Origin: Gammaproteobacteria bacterium
GTDB taxonomy: Bacteria > Pseudomonadota > Gammaproteobacteria > SZUA-229
Assembly: GCA_026195895.1 (NCBI GenBank)
Contig: JAPHRO010000019.1
Span: forward strand, 85,354 to 149,353
DNA length: 64,000 nt
Reading direction: 5' to 3'
Under the pieces are notes generated by a model. That model did not search any database. It was not told where the DNA came from and saw only the letters and a program-made list of their open reading frames with translations. Positions 16,301-26,457 of this stretch are shown one piece after another. Both the position numbers and the translations under genes were made by a program. Position 1 is the stretch's first letter. The number at the start of each line of letters is the position of its first letter.

Positions 16301-16957
16301 CTAAAGTTTCCTAATTTTATAAATAGACTCTATGAGAGAATCGAGTCCTTTTTCCCTGAAGCGTTCCTGTTCCGACAGAATATCCTGTTGCTGTATTTTT
16401 TCTATTTCAAAGTGTGACTCATAGAGTGCCGCTACTTCCTGTTCGGATACGGAAAATGGCGGCCCCTGCATAAGCTGTTGATTATATTCCAGTGCAACCA
16501 ATAAAATATGTGTATTCACTGGTAGAACCTCTGCAAGTTTTTCAACATAGCGTTTGCGTAGATCCAGCGGCAAAGCCACCAACGAAGCACGGTCATAAAC
16601 CGCATTTACGTCTGCCATTAAATCCTTCGATAAATCAAAAAAATCACCCTGCAATATATCAATATTGCCGGCATTAAATACTTTAAAATTTTTGTACTCA
16701 GCCTGCTGAAAATCTAATTTCTGTTCTGAAAAAAAGCTTTCAACTGCTAGCGAACTGCATTCAACACCTAGCACATCATGCCCCTGTCTTGCCAGCCAAA
16801 CCAGGTCTAAGGACTTCCCACATAATGGCACGAAAACCAGGCTGCCTTTATCAATACCCAGATCTAACCAGTGATGAACAAGATAAGGATTTACCTGGTT
16901 CAAATGAAAGCCAATCTGGTTTTCCGACCAGCGCTGTTTCCAGAAGTCTAATTTCAT
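16301..16957 (-). CDS. tpm: Thiopurine S-methyltransferase (Se/Te methyltransferase)
   Basis: The N-terminus FWKQRWSENQIGFHLNQVNPYLVHHW is the hallmark TPMT motif. Followed by a SAM-MTase VPLCGKSLD block. Confidence 0.85.
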   Translation of the reverse strand: MKLDFWKQRWSENQIGFHLNQVNPYLVHHWLDLGIDKGSLVFVPLCGKSLDLVWLARQGHDVLGVECSSLAVESFFSEQKLDFQQAEYKNFKVFNAGNIDILQGDFFDLSKDLMADVNAVYDRASLVALPLDLRKRYVEKLAEVLPVNTHILLVALEYNQQLMQGPPFSVSEQEVAALYESHFEIEKIQQQDILSEQERFREKGLDSLIESIYKIRKL

Positions 16958-16996
16958 ATTTGCTAATGTAAATTGTTTATTCGTAATCTATTAGTG

Positions 16997-17026
16997 TAAA
17001 AAAAAACACCCCGGGAATCCGGGGCA
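16997..17026 (-). terminator. Rho-independent terminator of comEA
   Basis: The minus strand reads gccccgg-attc-ccggggtg followed by T9. Confidence 0.8.
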
Positions 17027-17054
17027 TTTCTTTATAATACCTGGGTAAAAGAGA

Positions 17055-17321
17055 TTATTTTTTACCAAGAAGGATATTCTCTCTGTTCTTATCAATCGTT
17101 TTCTCACTAATCCCCTTAACATTTGCCAGATCATCCATACTGGCAAATGCCCCGTGTGCATTGCGATATTCGACGATAGCTTGCGCTTTTTTATCGCCAA
17201 TACCTGATAGTTCCGCCGCCAGTGACTTTGCATCGGCACTATTTATATCTACCGGCCCTGCATAGAGTGAAGTTGATACCGCTAATAAGCATCCACTAAT
17301 TATTGCTTTTATAATTTTCAT
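17055..17321 (-). CDS. comEA: ComEA-like helix-hairpin-helix DNA-binding protein (periplasmic)
   Basis: Signal peptide, then VDINSADAKSLAAELSGIGDKKAQAIVEYRNAHGAFASMDDLANVKGI (HhH motifs). Confidence 0.8.
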   Translation of the reverse strand: MKIIKAIISGCLLAVSTSLYAGPVDINSADAKSLAAELSGIGDKKAQAIVEYRNAHGAFASMDDLANVKGISEKTIDKNRENILLGKK

Positions 17322-17389
17322 AACCTTTCATCCTTTTTCCATGGTTAATTAAGAAATCAAAGAATATTTAGATAAAGGCCAAATTTCAA

Positions 17390-18097
17390 TTAGGAAATTT
17401 CTGAATTTATTGTACGTAAAACGCTAATGGGATCATTTGCCTGTGTGATGGGTCGACCAATCACAAGATAACTGGCGCCTGCCCTGATTGCATCTGCCGG
17501 CGTCATAATACGACGCTGATCATCCTGTTTACTGCCTGTCGGACGTATGCCAGGGGTAACCAGTAAAAATTCATCACCTGATTGCTGACGCATTGCTGAC
17601 GCTTCTTGCGCAGAACATACGACACCATCCAGCCCAGATGATCTGGCCATGTTGGCAAGATGTAGTGCCAGCTCACCAGTGGACTGCTGGATACCGATTT
17701 CATTTAAATCAGTATCAGACATACTGGTTAATACTGTAACGGCAATTAAATAGGGTTTATTTTCACTGTTAGCAATAGCGTTAGCGGCAGCGTCCATCAT
17801 GCGCCGCCCCCCCAAAGCATGCACATTGAGCATCCATACACCCAGGTTTGCTGCTGCCTCACAGGCTTTTGCTACCGTGTTTGGAATATCATGAAATTTA
17901 AGATCAAGAAATACCTGAAAACCTTTGGTATGTATTTTTTCTATAAAATCAGGCCCGAGAAGGGTAAACATTTCCTTGCCCACTTTTAATCGGCACAGAG
18001 CAGGATCGAGTTGGTCAATAAGATTCAAGGCTGACTGTTCTGCTGGATAATCCAGTGCAACTAAAACTTTGGGATCATTTTGTAGAGAAGCATTCAT
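17390..18097 (-). CDS. pyrF: Orotidine-5'-phosphate decarboxylase
   Basis: Contains [19 protein letters not shown] and GRPIT motifs. Confidence 0.9.
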   Translation of the reverse strand: MNASLQNDPKVLVALDYPAEQSALNLIDQLDPALCRLKVGKEMFTLLGPDFIEKIHTKGFQVFLDLKFHDIPNTVAKACEAAANLGVWMLNVHALGGRRMMDAAANAIANSENKPYLIAVTVLTSMSDTDLNEIGIQQSTGELALHLANMARSSGLDGVVCSAQEASAMRQQSGDEFLLVTPGIRPTGSKQDDQRRIMTPADAIRAGASYLVIGRPITQANDPISVLRTINSEIS

Positions 18098-18164
18098 CTA
18101 TATTTTTCTCACTGTAGTTTTTCAGAAGGCATGATCGTTCAGAAACAAGCTGAATAGATACACC

Positions 18165-19316
18165 TCAAATATGATGCCTTGGTTTCATACCTGACCATGT
18201 CTGACAGCTAGGACATAACCAGTAAAGCGTGTTTGCCGAATAGCCACAATGTTTACATATATAATCCGGCTTTTGTAGAAGCATCTGATTAACTACATCT
18301 GGTAAGTAACTTTCCGGACAATCATCGCTCGGTGCTTTCAGATCCAGCACTTTTTTCATACCATCAAGCGACGGCTGCTGCAGCATATTTTCGGACAAAT
18401 AAGCCAAAGCGGCATCTTTTTCATAAACTTCATTAATCAAATCCGTAAGTGCGGGCAATAGCGAAATCAACGGATGATTTCGCTGAACATTTTTCAAATA
18501 AGTTATTAATGATTTTAGATTTGACTGATTGCCATAGCATACTTTTAGTTTATCAATGACCAGTGGAAATAAATCGGCATCCTGATATTCCACCTGCTGA
18601 TAAAAACGTATAGCTTTTTTATAGCGCCCACGCTCAAGCGCTATGTTGCCTAAAATAATGGATGCGCGAACACAGTTTTCATCAGCAGATAAAGCCTGTG
18701 TGGCCAATGCTTCCGCTTCCTTACTATCACCATGCGCATGGGCCTGCTCACTAAGTTCACAATAAAACTGTGCAATAACCGGTCGGAAATCCTGTTTTCC
18801 ATCTTTTTTAAACCGTCTTGCTACATTGATGGCATTTTGCCATTCCTGTTCCTGTTGATAGATTGCCATCAGGTGTTCTAATGCTTCCTGCGAATAAACC
18901 TCATCTTTCAGCACTTCATTGAACAGCCCCTCTGCCCTGTCCAGCCAGCCGGCCAGTAAATAATCGCGCCCAAGCTCAAGTAACACCCGGGATTTATATT
19001 CAACCGGCAAGGATGGCCTGGCCAACAAATTCTGATGCAGTTTAATGGACTTGTCTATTTCGCCTTTACGACGAAAGATTGCACCCAGAGCCAGACTGGT
19101 ATCAATGGTTTCCCAGTCGATTTCGACCAGCTTTAAAAATACGTCGAGTGCTTTATCCTGCTCATCATTGAGCAGGTAATTAAGCCCCTGAAAGTAATCA
19201 TTGGAAAAACGAAGCTGGCGACGGGCCTTTTTATTTTTTCGTTTTGACATGAACCAGCCAACCAGATACGCGACTGGTAACAACAGTAGAGCCCATTCCA
19301 ACGGTAAATTTGTCAT
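18165..19316 (-). CDS. lapB: LPS assembly regulator LapB (YciM), TPR plus rubredoxin-like C-terminus
   Basis: N-terminal TM, TPR repeats, and C-terminal CKHCGYSANTLYWLCPSCQTW. Sits in the lapA-lapB-pyrF context. Confidence 0.85.
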   Translation of the reverse strand: MTNLPLEWALLLLPVAYLVGWFMSKRKNKKARRQLRFSNDYFQGLNYLLNDEQDKALDVFLKLVEIDWETIDTSLALGAIFRRKGEIDKSIKLHQNLLARPSLPVEYKSRVLLELGRDYLLAGWLDRAEGLFNEVLKDEVYSQEALEHLMAIYQQEQEWQNAINVARRFKKDGKQDFRPVIAQFYCELSEQAHAHGDSKEAEALATQALSADENCVRASIILGNIALERGRYKKAIRFYQQVEYQDADLFPLVIDKLKVCYGNQSNLKSLITYLKNVQRNHPLISLLPALTDLINEVYEKDAALAYLSENMLQQPSLDGMKKVLDLKAPSDDCPESYLPDVVNQMLLQKPDYICKHCGYSANTLYWLCPSCQTWSGMKPRHHI

Positions 19317-19345
19317 AGTGTAGCGATTGCCGGTAAAACTCTGTG

Positions 19346-19630
19346 TTATTTATCTGGCCGTAATACGTCAGATAAACTATTCAAAGTCTCTCGTTGTTTT
19401 TTCAATTGTCTGATTTTATTTCTTTGTGACAACAGCACAAATATATTGACAATAAAACCAAGTGTGACACCTGCTAGCAGGGTTATTAATATTACTGCTG
19501 CCAGGGGTATCTGATATTGGACTGTAAAAAAATCGATTTCGATTAACTGCGCATTTCGATAAGCAAAGGCAGCAATTACAATAATAACTGGAATGGACAC
19601 CAACAGCGATATAAAGCGAATCATTTGCAT
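19346..19630 (-). CDS. lapA: LapA (YciS/DUF1049) inner membrane protein
   Basis: 94 aa with two TM helices and a basic coiled tail, immediately upstream of lapB. Confidence 0.75.
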   Translation of the reverse strand: MQMIRFISLLVSIPVIIVIAAFAYRNAQLIEIDFFTVQYQIPLAAVILITLLAGVTLGFIVNIFVLLSQRNKIRQLKKQRETLNSLSDVLRPDK

Positions 19631-19696
19631 AACCTCTGCAATTCTACGGATATCACTTTAGTCTGTGCTAACAGATTTAAAAATAAGAGAATGTGT

Positions 19697-20020
19697 TTAT
19701 TCTGAACTATGTAGCGAGTTATTAACACGTTCCCGCAATTCCTTACCAGGTTTAAAATGCGGCACATATTTTCCGGGCAATGAGACAGAATCGCCGGTTT
19801 TGGGGTTACGCCCTGCTCTTGGTGGACGAAAATGAAGACTGAAACTACCAAATCCTCGGATCTCTATACGATCACCGGTCGCTAGCGCTTCAGACATTTG
19901 TTCTAACAGGCTCTTTACGGCCAGTTCGACATCCTTATAAGCAAGATGATTCTGCTTGCGAGCCATTAGCTCAACCAGCTCTGACTTCATCATTGATCTC
20001 ATTTCTTGATCATCTGACAT
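19697..20020 (-). CDS. ihfB: Integration host factor beta subunit
   Basis: [52 protein letters not shown]. The start could be ATG 20020 (GAGGG upstream) or the internal MMK at about 19993. Confidence 0.9.
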   Translation of the reverse strand: MSDDQEMRSMMKSELVELMARKQNHLAYKDVELAVKSLLEQMSEALATGDRIEIRGFGSFSLHFRPPRAGRNPKTGDSVSLPGKYVPHFKPGKELRERVNNSLHSSE

Positions 20021-20073
20021 CTTGTTTTACCCTCACTAAATAGACCCTACAATAGAAACTATATAGATATAGG

Positions 20074-20091
20074 CAGGTCATCCCTGACCTG
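20074..20091 (-). terminator. Hairpin between rpsA and ihfB (attenuator-like, no clean U-tract)
   Basis: caggtca-tccc-tgacctg, a perfect 7-bp stem. Confidence 0.4.
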
Positions 20092-20111
20092 GTCTATATT
20101 ATTATTTATTA

Positions 20112-21788
20112 CTAGTCTTTATTAGCATCCATTTGCTCTTTTAGCAAATCGCCCAGGCTAGTAGACGCACTTTCTGATGAAGAAGCATATTCTTTAATAG
20201 CTGCCTGCTCATCATCGGCATCTTTCGCTTTAATCGACAGGTTGATAGTGCGAGATTTACGGTCAACACCAATAAACTTGGCTTCTACGTTATCACCAAC
20301 ATTCAGAATTGTACGCGCGTCTTCTACACGATCACGAGACAGTTCAGATGCTTTCAAAGTACCTTCGATACCTTCACCCAGATCAATTATAGCTGCTTTT
20401 GCGTCAACTTCTTTGATAGTACCTTTAACCAGACTACCTTTGTCGTTAGCCGCTACAAAGTTTGAGAATGGATCCTGTTCCATCTGCTTAACACCCAGAG
20501 AAATACGCTCACGCTCTGGATCGATAGACAATACAACCGCTTCCAGCTCATCACCTTTCTTGTAGTTATGGGCAACGTCTTCATCACCTTCATCCCAGGA
20601 GATATCAGACAGGTGAACCAGACCATCAATACCACCGTCCAGACCGACAAAGATACCGAAGTCAGTGATCGATTTGATCTTACCGCTAACTTTGTCACCT
20701 TTGTTATGGGTCGCGCTGAACTCATCCCATGGATTAGTTGAACACTGTTTCATACCCAGGGAAATACGACGACGTTCTTCATCGATATCCAGAATCATCA
20801 CATCAACTTCATCACCCAGCGCTACAACTTTAGCCGGGTTAACGTTCTTGTTAGTCCAGTCCATTTCAGATACATGAACCAGGCCTTCAACACCGTCTTC
20901 GATTTCAACGAAACAGCCGTAATCAGTGATATTGCTAACTTTACCAGACAGGCGTGAACCTTCTGGGTAACGGCGTGCTATGGCTGCCCATGGATCTTCA
21001 CCCAGTTGTTTCAGACCAAGTGATACGCGGTTACGTTCTTTATCAAATTTAAGTACGACAACATCGATCTCAGAACCCACTTCAACGATTTCAGAAGGAT
21101 GTTTAACACGTTTCCAGGCCATATCAGTGATGTGCAACAGACCATCGATACCACCCAGGTCAAGGAATGCACCGTAGTCAGTAAGATTTTTAACGATACC
21201 CTTAACGGTTTTGCCTTCTTCCAGGCCTTCCAGTAACTGCTCACGCTCAGCGCTGTATTCAGATTCAACAACAGCACGACGCGAAACAACAACGTTGTTA
21301 CGTTTCTGATCCAGCTTGATAACTTTAAACTCAAGCTCTTTACCTTCCAGGTAAGCTGTGTCACGTACAGGACGGACATCTACCAGAGAACCTGGCAGGA
21401 ATGCGCGGATGTCACCTAATTCAACAGTGAATCCACCTTTAACTTTTCCAGTAATAATACCAGTGATAATTTCTTCAGCATCGTGCGCCGCTTCCAGTAC
21501 TTTCCAGGCTTTCGCACGTTTTGCTTTATCACGTGACAGACGGGTTTCACCCCAACCATCTTCAATTGCTTCTAATACGATTTCAACTTCGTCACCGATG
21601 TTAACTTCAAGTTCACCAGAATCATTCAGGAACTGTGATTCCGGGATAACACCTTCAGACTTAAGACCTGCTGCTACGGTGACGTAACCATCACTAATAT
21701 CAACGATTGTGCCATTCATAATGGCACCGACATTCATTTCGGTAGCTTGTATGCTTTGTTCAAATAGGTCTGCAAAACTTTCGGACAT
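20112..21788 (-). CDS. rpsA: 30S ribosomal protein S1
   Basis: 558 aa with six S1 repeats. N-terminus is [12 protein letters not shown]... Confidence 0.97.
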   Translation of the reverse strand: MSESFADLFEQSIQATEMNVGAIMNGTIVDISDGYVTVAAGLKSEGVIPESQFLNDSGELEVNIGDEVEIVLEAIEDGWGETRLSRDKAKRAKAWKVLEAAHDAEEIITGIITGKVKGGFTVELGDIRAFLPGSLVDVRPVRDTAYLEGKELEFKVIKLDQKRNNVVVSRRAVVESEYSAEREQLLEGLEEGKTVKGIVKNLTDYGAFLDLGGIDGLLHITDMAWKRVKHPSEIVEVGSEIDVVVLKFDKERNRVSLGLKQLGEDPWAAIARRYPEGSRLSGKVSNITDYGCFVEIEDGVEGLVHVSEMDWTNKNVNPAKVVALGDEVDVMILDIDEERRRISLGMKQCSTNPWDEFSATHNKGDKVSGKIKSITDFGIFVGLDGGIDGLVHLSDISWDEGDEDVAHNYKKGDELEAVVLSIDPERERISLGVKQMEQDPFSNFVAANDKGSLVKGTIKEVDAKAAIIDLGEGIEGTLKASELSRDRVEDARTILNVGDNVEAKFIGVDRKSRTINLSIKAKDADDEQAAIKEYASSSESASTSLGDLLKEQMDANKD

Positions 21789-21904
21789 GAGAAAATATTT
21801 CCAATATAACTTTCGTCTGTCTAAGCTTTTTGATTTCTACATTAAGTAATATTTAAAGATGGGCTGTAGAAAAAGCTTAACAGGGTTGAGTGTTAATCTT
21901 TAAA

Positions 21905-21922
21905 TCTGGGGACATCCCCAGA
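21905..21922 (-). terminator. Hairpin just downstream of cmk (weak terminator/attenuator)
   Basis: tctgggga-ca-tccccaga inverted repeat. Confidence 0.3.
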
Positions 21923-21935
21923 CACCTTAAGAACA

Positions 21936-22622
21936 TTATCCAAAGGTTTGTTTCGCCAGCTCCAGCACCTTTGATGTGACCTGTTCGATACTCATTTCTG
22001 TGGTATCAAGCATAATGGCATCATCAGCCGGTTTTAGTGGTGAAACAGCACGGTTGGCATCCTGTTCATCCCGGACCTTCAAATCGGTCACGAGGGCGGC
22101 GAGATTAGCATGAATTCCCTTTTCTTTCAACTGGTTATAACGTCTTTGCGCTCTTTCTTCGCAGGAAGCGGTCATAAATATCTTTAATTGGGCATCGGGG
22201 AATACGGTTGTGCCCATATCGCGACCATCGGCGACCAGTCCAGGCAGGCTGGCAAACGCCCGCTGGCGCTTCAGCAATGCCGCCCGCACGCCCGTCATAG
22301 CGGCGATTTTGGACGCTTTCATGCCGATTTCTTCGGCCCTGATTTGTTCCCCAACATCCTTCCCCCTGAGAACCACCCGCAAACGCTGATCCTGGGGCAT
22401 AAAAGCCACATCCAGCTCCCTGGCAATATTTTCGAGAATTGATTCGTCTTCGATGGAGGCATTGTCCCAGCTTGCAGCCAGTGCGGTCAGCCGGTAGAGC
22501 GAGCCGCTATCCAGAATGTGCCAGCTGAGTTGATCGGCCACTAACTGACTGATGGTGCCTTTGCCCGCCCCACTCGGTCCGTCGATAGTAATTACAGGAA
22601 TCATGTTTGTCATAGTAAGCAT
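21936..22622 (-). CDS. cmk: Cytidylate kinase
   Basis: ITIDGPSGAGKGT P-loop plus the CMP kinase layout. The start codon is uncertain (M1, M4 or M7). Confidence 0.9.
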   Translation of the reverse strand: MLTMTNMIPVITIDGPSGAGKGTISQLVADQLSWHILDSGSLYRLTALAASWDNASIEDESILENIARELDVAFMPQDQRLRVVLRGKDVGEQIRAEEIGMKASKIAAMTGVRAALLKRQRAFASLPGLVADGRDMGTTVFPDAQLKIFMTASCEERAQRRYNQLKEKGIHANLAALVTDLKVRDEQDANRAVSPLKPADDAIMLDTTEMSIEQVTSKVLELAKQTFG

Positions 22623-23938
22623 TACACCTGCTGAGATGATATATTGATACCGGCACGACGGGCCAGACCGACAAAATCAGGGAATGAGGTATTCACATTT
22701 TCGCAATCTTCGATACAAATTGGCCCAGCGGCACGTAATGCGGCCATGGTAAATGCCATTGCGATGCGGTGATCATCTCGACTATGCACTTTACCACCCT
22801 GGATCTCCCCGCCGTTGATGACCATGCCATCTTCGGTAGGCTGGGCATCCACACCTAAAATCTGCAGGCCGTCAGCCATCACCTGGATTCGATCCGATTC
22901 CTTTACTCTTAATTCTCTGGCGCCGGTGACCACAGTTTTACCCTCGGCGCAGGCGGCGGCAACAAACAGTACCGGAAACTCATCAATTGCCAGCGGCACC
23001 AGTTTCTCCGGCACCTGGATACCTTTTAGCTGAGCACTGCGAATGCGAATATCGGCTACCGGCTCGCCGCCCACTTCACGCTGATTGAGTAACTCAATGT
23101 TGGCACCCATTAATTTAAGAATATCGATCACACCGGTGCGGGTTGGATTAATCCCGACATGCAGTAGCGTAATATCCGAATTTCTGGCAATACTGGCACC
23201 CACCATAAAAAATGCTGCGGATGAAATATCGGCTGGTACATCAATATCGCAGGCGGTTAATTGGCCACCACCTTCAATACACATGGTCGAGCCAGTTCGG
23301 CTTACTGGATAACCAAAAGCCGTCAGCATTCGTTCAGTATGATCACGGGTGGGTGCGGGTTCAGTCACACAGGTCGTACCCTCTGCGTACATACCGGCCA
23401 GTAATAAACAGGATTTAACCTGAGCACTGGCCACAGGCATATCATAATGAATACCTTTTAAAGGCTGTCCACCTTTTATTTTCAACGGCGGCTTGCCGCC
23501 TGCTGCCGTCTCTACCCTGGCACCCATTAGCGCCAATGGTTCAGTGACACGTTTCATGGGACGTTTACTCAAAGAACGGTCCCCTGATAACTCCAGATCA
23601 AATGCCTGGCCTGACAGTAGTCCCGCCATCAGCCGCATCGAGGTGCCTGAATTGCCTAAATCCAGTGCCTGCTCAGGTTCTTTTAAACCGCGTATTCCCA
23701 TGCCATTGATAGTGACCTTGCCATCATCGGTAGGCCCATCTATGTCAACACCCATGGCACGAAATGCGCGCAGGGTATTGAGACTATCTTCACCCTGTAA
23801 AAAACCACTAACATGCGTCACACCATCAGCCAATGAACCAAACATAATTGATCTATGGGATATAGATTTATCACCGGGAACGCGAAATTCACCGGTTAAA
23901 CTGCCACCCGGATTAACAACAAAATCGATCTGACTCAT
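22622..23938 (-). CDS. aroA: 3-phosphoshikimate 1-carboxyvinyltransferase (EPSP synthase)
   Basis: 438 aa with PGDKSISHR, LGNSGTSMR and RVKESDR motifs. Confidence 0.95.
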   Translation of the reverse strand: MSQIDFVVNPGGSLTGEFRVPGDKSISHRSIMFGSLADGVTHVSGFLQGEDSLNTLRAFRAMGVDIDGPTDDGKVTINGMGIRGLKEPEQALDLGNSGTSMRLMAGLLSGQAFDLELSGDRSLSKRPMKRVTEPLALMGARVETAAGGKPPLKIKGGQPLKGIHYDMPVASAQVKSCLLLAGMYAEGTTCVTEPAPTRDHTERMLTAFGYPVSRTGSTMCIEGGGQLTACDIDVPADISSAAFFMVGASIARNSDITLLHVGINPTRTGVIDILKLMGANIELLNQREVGGEPVADIRIRSAQLKGIQVPEKLVPLAIDEFPVLFVAAACAEGKTVVTGARELRVKESDRIQVMADGLQILGVDAQPTEDGMVINGGEIQGGKVHSRDDHRIAMAFTMAALRAAGPICIEDCENVNTSFPDFVGLARRAGINISSQQV

Positions 23939-23946
23939 TAAACTAC

Positions 23947-24435
23947 CTAACCTGCTTTTTTATACAGGGCTTCAAATTGCTGCGCATTGAAGCCATTTAA
24001 ACGTTTTTTTCCAACCAGAATAACCGGCACACCGCGTGCTTTTAATTTTTTATAATCACGCTTACCTTTTTTTGAAGTATCAATATCATATTCTTTATAA
24101 GCTATTTTATTTTTTCGAAAATATTTTTTTGCTTTTGTACAAACACCACACCAGGCCGCACTATACATGACAACTTTCTTATTCTTTTCATTTATTGATG
24201 AGCCCTGATTCATCGCTTCATCATCAAGATCCACGGTTTCGCCTGAAAGACGTGCCTGGGTATAGGTTGTTATTTCAGGCAATTCGATAGTTTCTGCTTT
24301 ATTCGTCATCGGTGGTTGATCACTGAAGTGCATACGTCCTTTTGCATCAACCCATTTGTAAATTTCGGCATTGACGGACTGGATCATCAGCAGCAGAGCC
24401 ACAAACATCATCCAGTTTGAAAAAAATTTAAGCAT
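23947..24435 (-). CDS. DUF4124 domain plus glutaredoxin-like domain protein (secreted)
   Basis: Signal peptide, IYKWVDAKGRMHFSDQPP (DUF4124), then VVMYSAAWCGVCTKAKKYF (CxxC thioredoxin fold). Confidence 0.7.
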   Translation of the reverse strand: MLKFFSNWMMFVALLLMIQSVNAEIYKWVDAKGRMHFSDQPPMTNKAETIELPEITTYTQARLSGETVDLDDEAMNQGSSINEKNKKVVMYSAAWCGVCTKAKKYFRKNKIAYKEYDIDTSKKGKRDYKKLKARGVPVILVGKKRLNGFNAQQFEALYKKAG

Positions 24436-24478
24436 CGTAAATCACCTCGTAATATCCCTTACTGCAAACACTCCTGCT

Positions 24479-25336
24479 TTACATACAGAACCCGTCACGC
24501 GCTTTTTTGGCTCGCGAAAATATTTCCAATAGCGCATCAGCATCATTATTTTCGATAGCCGCTTTTAAAGTAGTCAGCTGATTTTCAAAACGATTCATCA
24601 TTGCCAGCACCGCTTCACCATTCGACAAACAAATATCTCGCCACATCACCGGATCACTTGAAGCAATCCGGGTAAAATCCCGAAAACCACCCGCCGCAAA
24701 TCGAAAAATCTCATCAACATCATCAACCTGATTTAAACAATCCACCAGAGAAAATGCCAGAATATGGGGCAAATGACTTGTTCCCGCCAGCACGAGATCA
24801 TGGTGACGCGCACCCATTTCATCAACATCCGCACCCGCTGCTTTCCACATGGCTCGAACCTTGTTTATATCGTCGCGAGAATTTTCTTCCAGTGGCGTAA
24901 TAATGACCCGCCGCGCCTGATATAGTGAGTCAAACGCGGCTATAGCACCGGACTTTTCCGTACCGGCAATAGGATGTCCAGGTATAAACTGATTTACTTT
25001 TACACCCAGTTCTCGGGTCGCATCTTCGACCACACAGTGCTTGGCACTACCCGCATCTGTCACGATGGTATGCTTGTGCAAAAAAGGTTCTATTTTATTA
25101 AATACACCCGCCATGGCACCCAGAGGCACGGCGATAAAAACCATATCGGCGTGTGAAACTGCTTTACCCAGGTCCGTTTCACACTGATCAATAATACCCA
25201 GGCTTTTAGCTTTTTCCAGGTGTTCGATGTTTCTACCAGCACCGACAACTTTATTGACATAACCCGCTTTTTTTAAAGCTAACGCTAAAGAGCCGCCAAT
25301 TAAACCAACACCGATCACACATAGCCGGTTAATCAT
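24479..25336 (-). CDS. tyrA: Prephenate/arogenate dehydrogenase
   Basis: Rossmann motif VIGVGLIGGSLALALKK, GHPIAG and GFRDFTRIA. Confidence 0.85.
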   Translation of the reverse strand: MINRLCVIGVGLIGGSLALALKKAGYVNKVVGAGRNIEHLEKAKSLGIIDQCETDLGKAVSHADMVFIAVPLGAMAGVFNKIEPFLHKHTIVTDAGSAKHCVVEDATRELGVKVNQFIPGHPIAGTEKSGAIAAFDSLYQARRVIITPLEENSRDDINKVRAMWKAAGADVDEMGARHHDLVLAGTSHLPHILAFSLVDCLNQVDDVDEIFRFAAGGFRDFTRIASSDPVMWRDICLSNGEAVLAMMNRFENQLTTLKAAIENNDADALLEIFSRAKKARDGFCM

Positions 25337-26451
25337 GACAAAACCTTTTTCAGTGCAACAAGCAACCTGCTGTTTTGATCTGCAGTACCAATGGTAATTC
25401 GTAAATGATCTGGCATTTTATAATTCGCTACTGGCCGAACAATAACGCCTTCCTGCAACAAGGCCTGATAGATTGGCGCGGCATCGGTATGCATATCAGC
25501 GGTAATAAAATTACCAATACTCGGAATACAGGAAATGCCAAGCTCACTCAAACCATGACGCAACTGCTCCAAACCCGCATTGTTTAATTCAATACTTTTA
25601 TTCAGATGCTCCACATCATCAATTGCAGCCAGTGCCGCACTCTGCGCGACTAAATTAGTATTAAAAGGCTGGCGAACTCGATTTAATAAATCCGCTATAT
25701 CAGGATGCGAAATCGCGTAGCCGATGCGCAAGCCCGCCAATCCATAAATTTTTGAAAAAGTTCGAGTAATAATCAGATGTGGATATTTTTTCACCAGGGC
25801 ATCCGAGTCCGGTTTATGCTGTTCAGGCATATATTCGAAATACGCTTCATCCAGCACTATCACCACATCGTCTGAAACATCGGCGATAAAGGATTCCAGT
25901 TGATGGCTATCCAGCCAGGTACCCGTTGGATTGTTTGGATTGGCTATAAACACAACACGCGTCGAATTATTTATTTTAGCCGCCAGCGCAACCAGGTCAT
26001 GACCATAGGGCATGTCCGGGTGATCGGCAGGGAAAGCCGGAGCCACCTGATGTTCAGCACCAATAGCTTGCGTAACAATGGGATAAACGGCAAAGGCATA
26101 TTCTGAATAAGCTGCGGCATAACAGGGCGCCAGAAACGCACGGGCGATTAGCTCAAGAATATCGTTTGAGCCATTACCCAGAGTGATAAAATCTGGTGAT
26201 ACATTATGTTTATCAGCCAGTGCAAGCCGCAGCTTATGTCCACCGCCATCGGGATAAAAATTAATTTGATTCAGCGTTGCCTGGGCCGCAGCCAAAGCTT
26301 TTTTGCCTGGGCCCAACGGGTTTTCATTTGAGGCAAGTTTTATAGAACCAGAAAGACCCAGTTCGCGCTCTAATTCTTCAATGGGTTTGCCGGGCAAATA
26401 AGGCTGCAAACTTTGCACACCGGGAACCGCAAGTTTTAGAAATTTATTCAT
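25333..26451 (-). CDS. hisC: Histidinol-phosphate / aromatic aminotransferase
   Basis: Contains LASNENPLGP and TFSKIYGLAGLRIGY (PLP Lys). Sits within the aromatic amino-acid cluster. Confidence 0.9.
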   Translation of the reverse strand: MNKFLKLAVPGVQSLQPYLPGKPIEELERELGLSGSIKLASNENPLGPGKKALAAAQATLNQINFYPDGGGHKLRLALADKHNVSPDFITLGNGSNDILELIARAFLAPCYAAAYSEYAFAVYPIVTQAIGAEHQVAPAFPADHPDMPYGHDLVALAAKINNSTRVVFIANPNNPTGTWLDSHQLESFIADVSDDVVIVLDEAYFEYMPEQHKPDSDALVKKYPHLIITRTFSKIYGLAGLRIGYAISHPDIADLLNRVRQPFNTNLVAQSAALAAIDDVEHLNKSIELNNAGLEQLRHGLSELGISCIPSIGNFITADMHTDAAPIYQALLQEGVIVRPVANYKMPDHLRITIGTADQNSRLLVALKKVLS

Positions 26452-26457
26452 CTGAGC

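Noticed and set aside
16301-16957. tpm, the TehA-like gene (4811-5770) and the rhodanese fusion as one tellurite/selenite resistance island.
   Set aside because: The genes are separated by 10 kb of unrelated genes and lie on different transcription units. Only tpm and the rhodanese fusion are adjacent, so the link is noted within that finding only as a hint.
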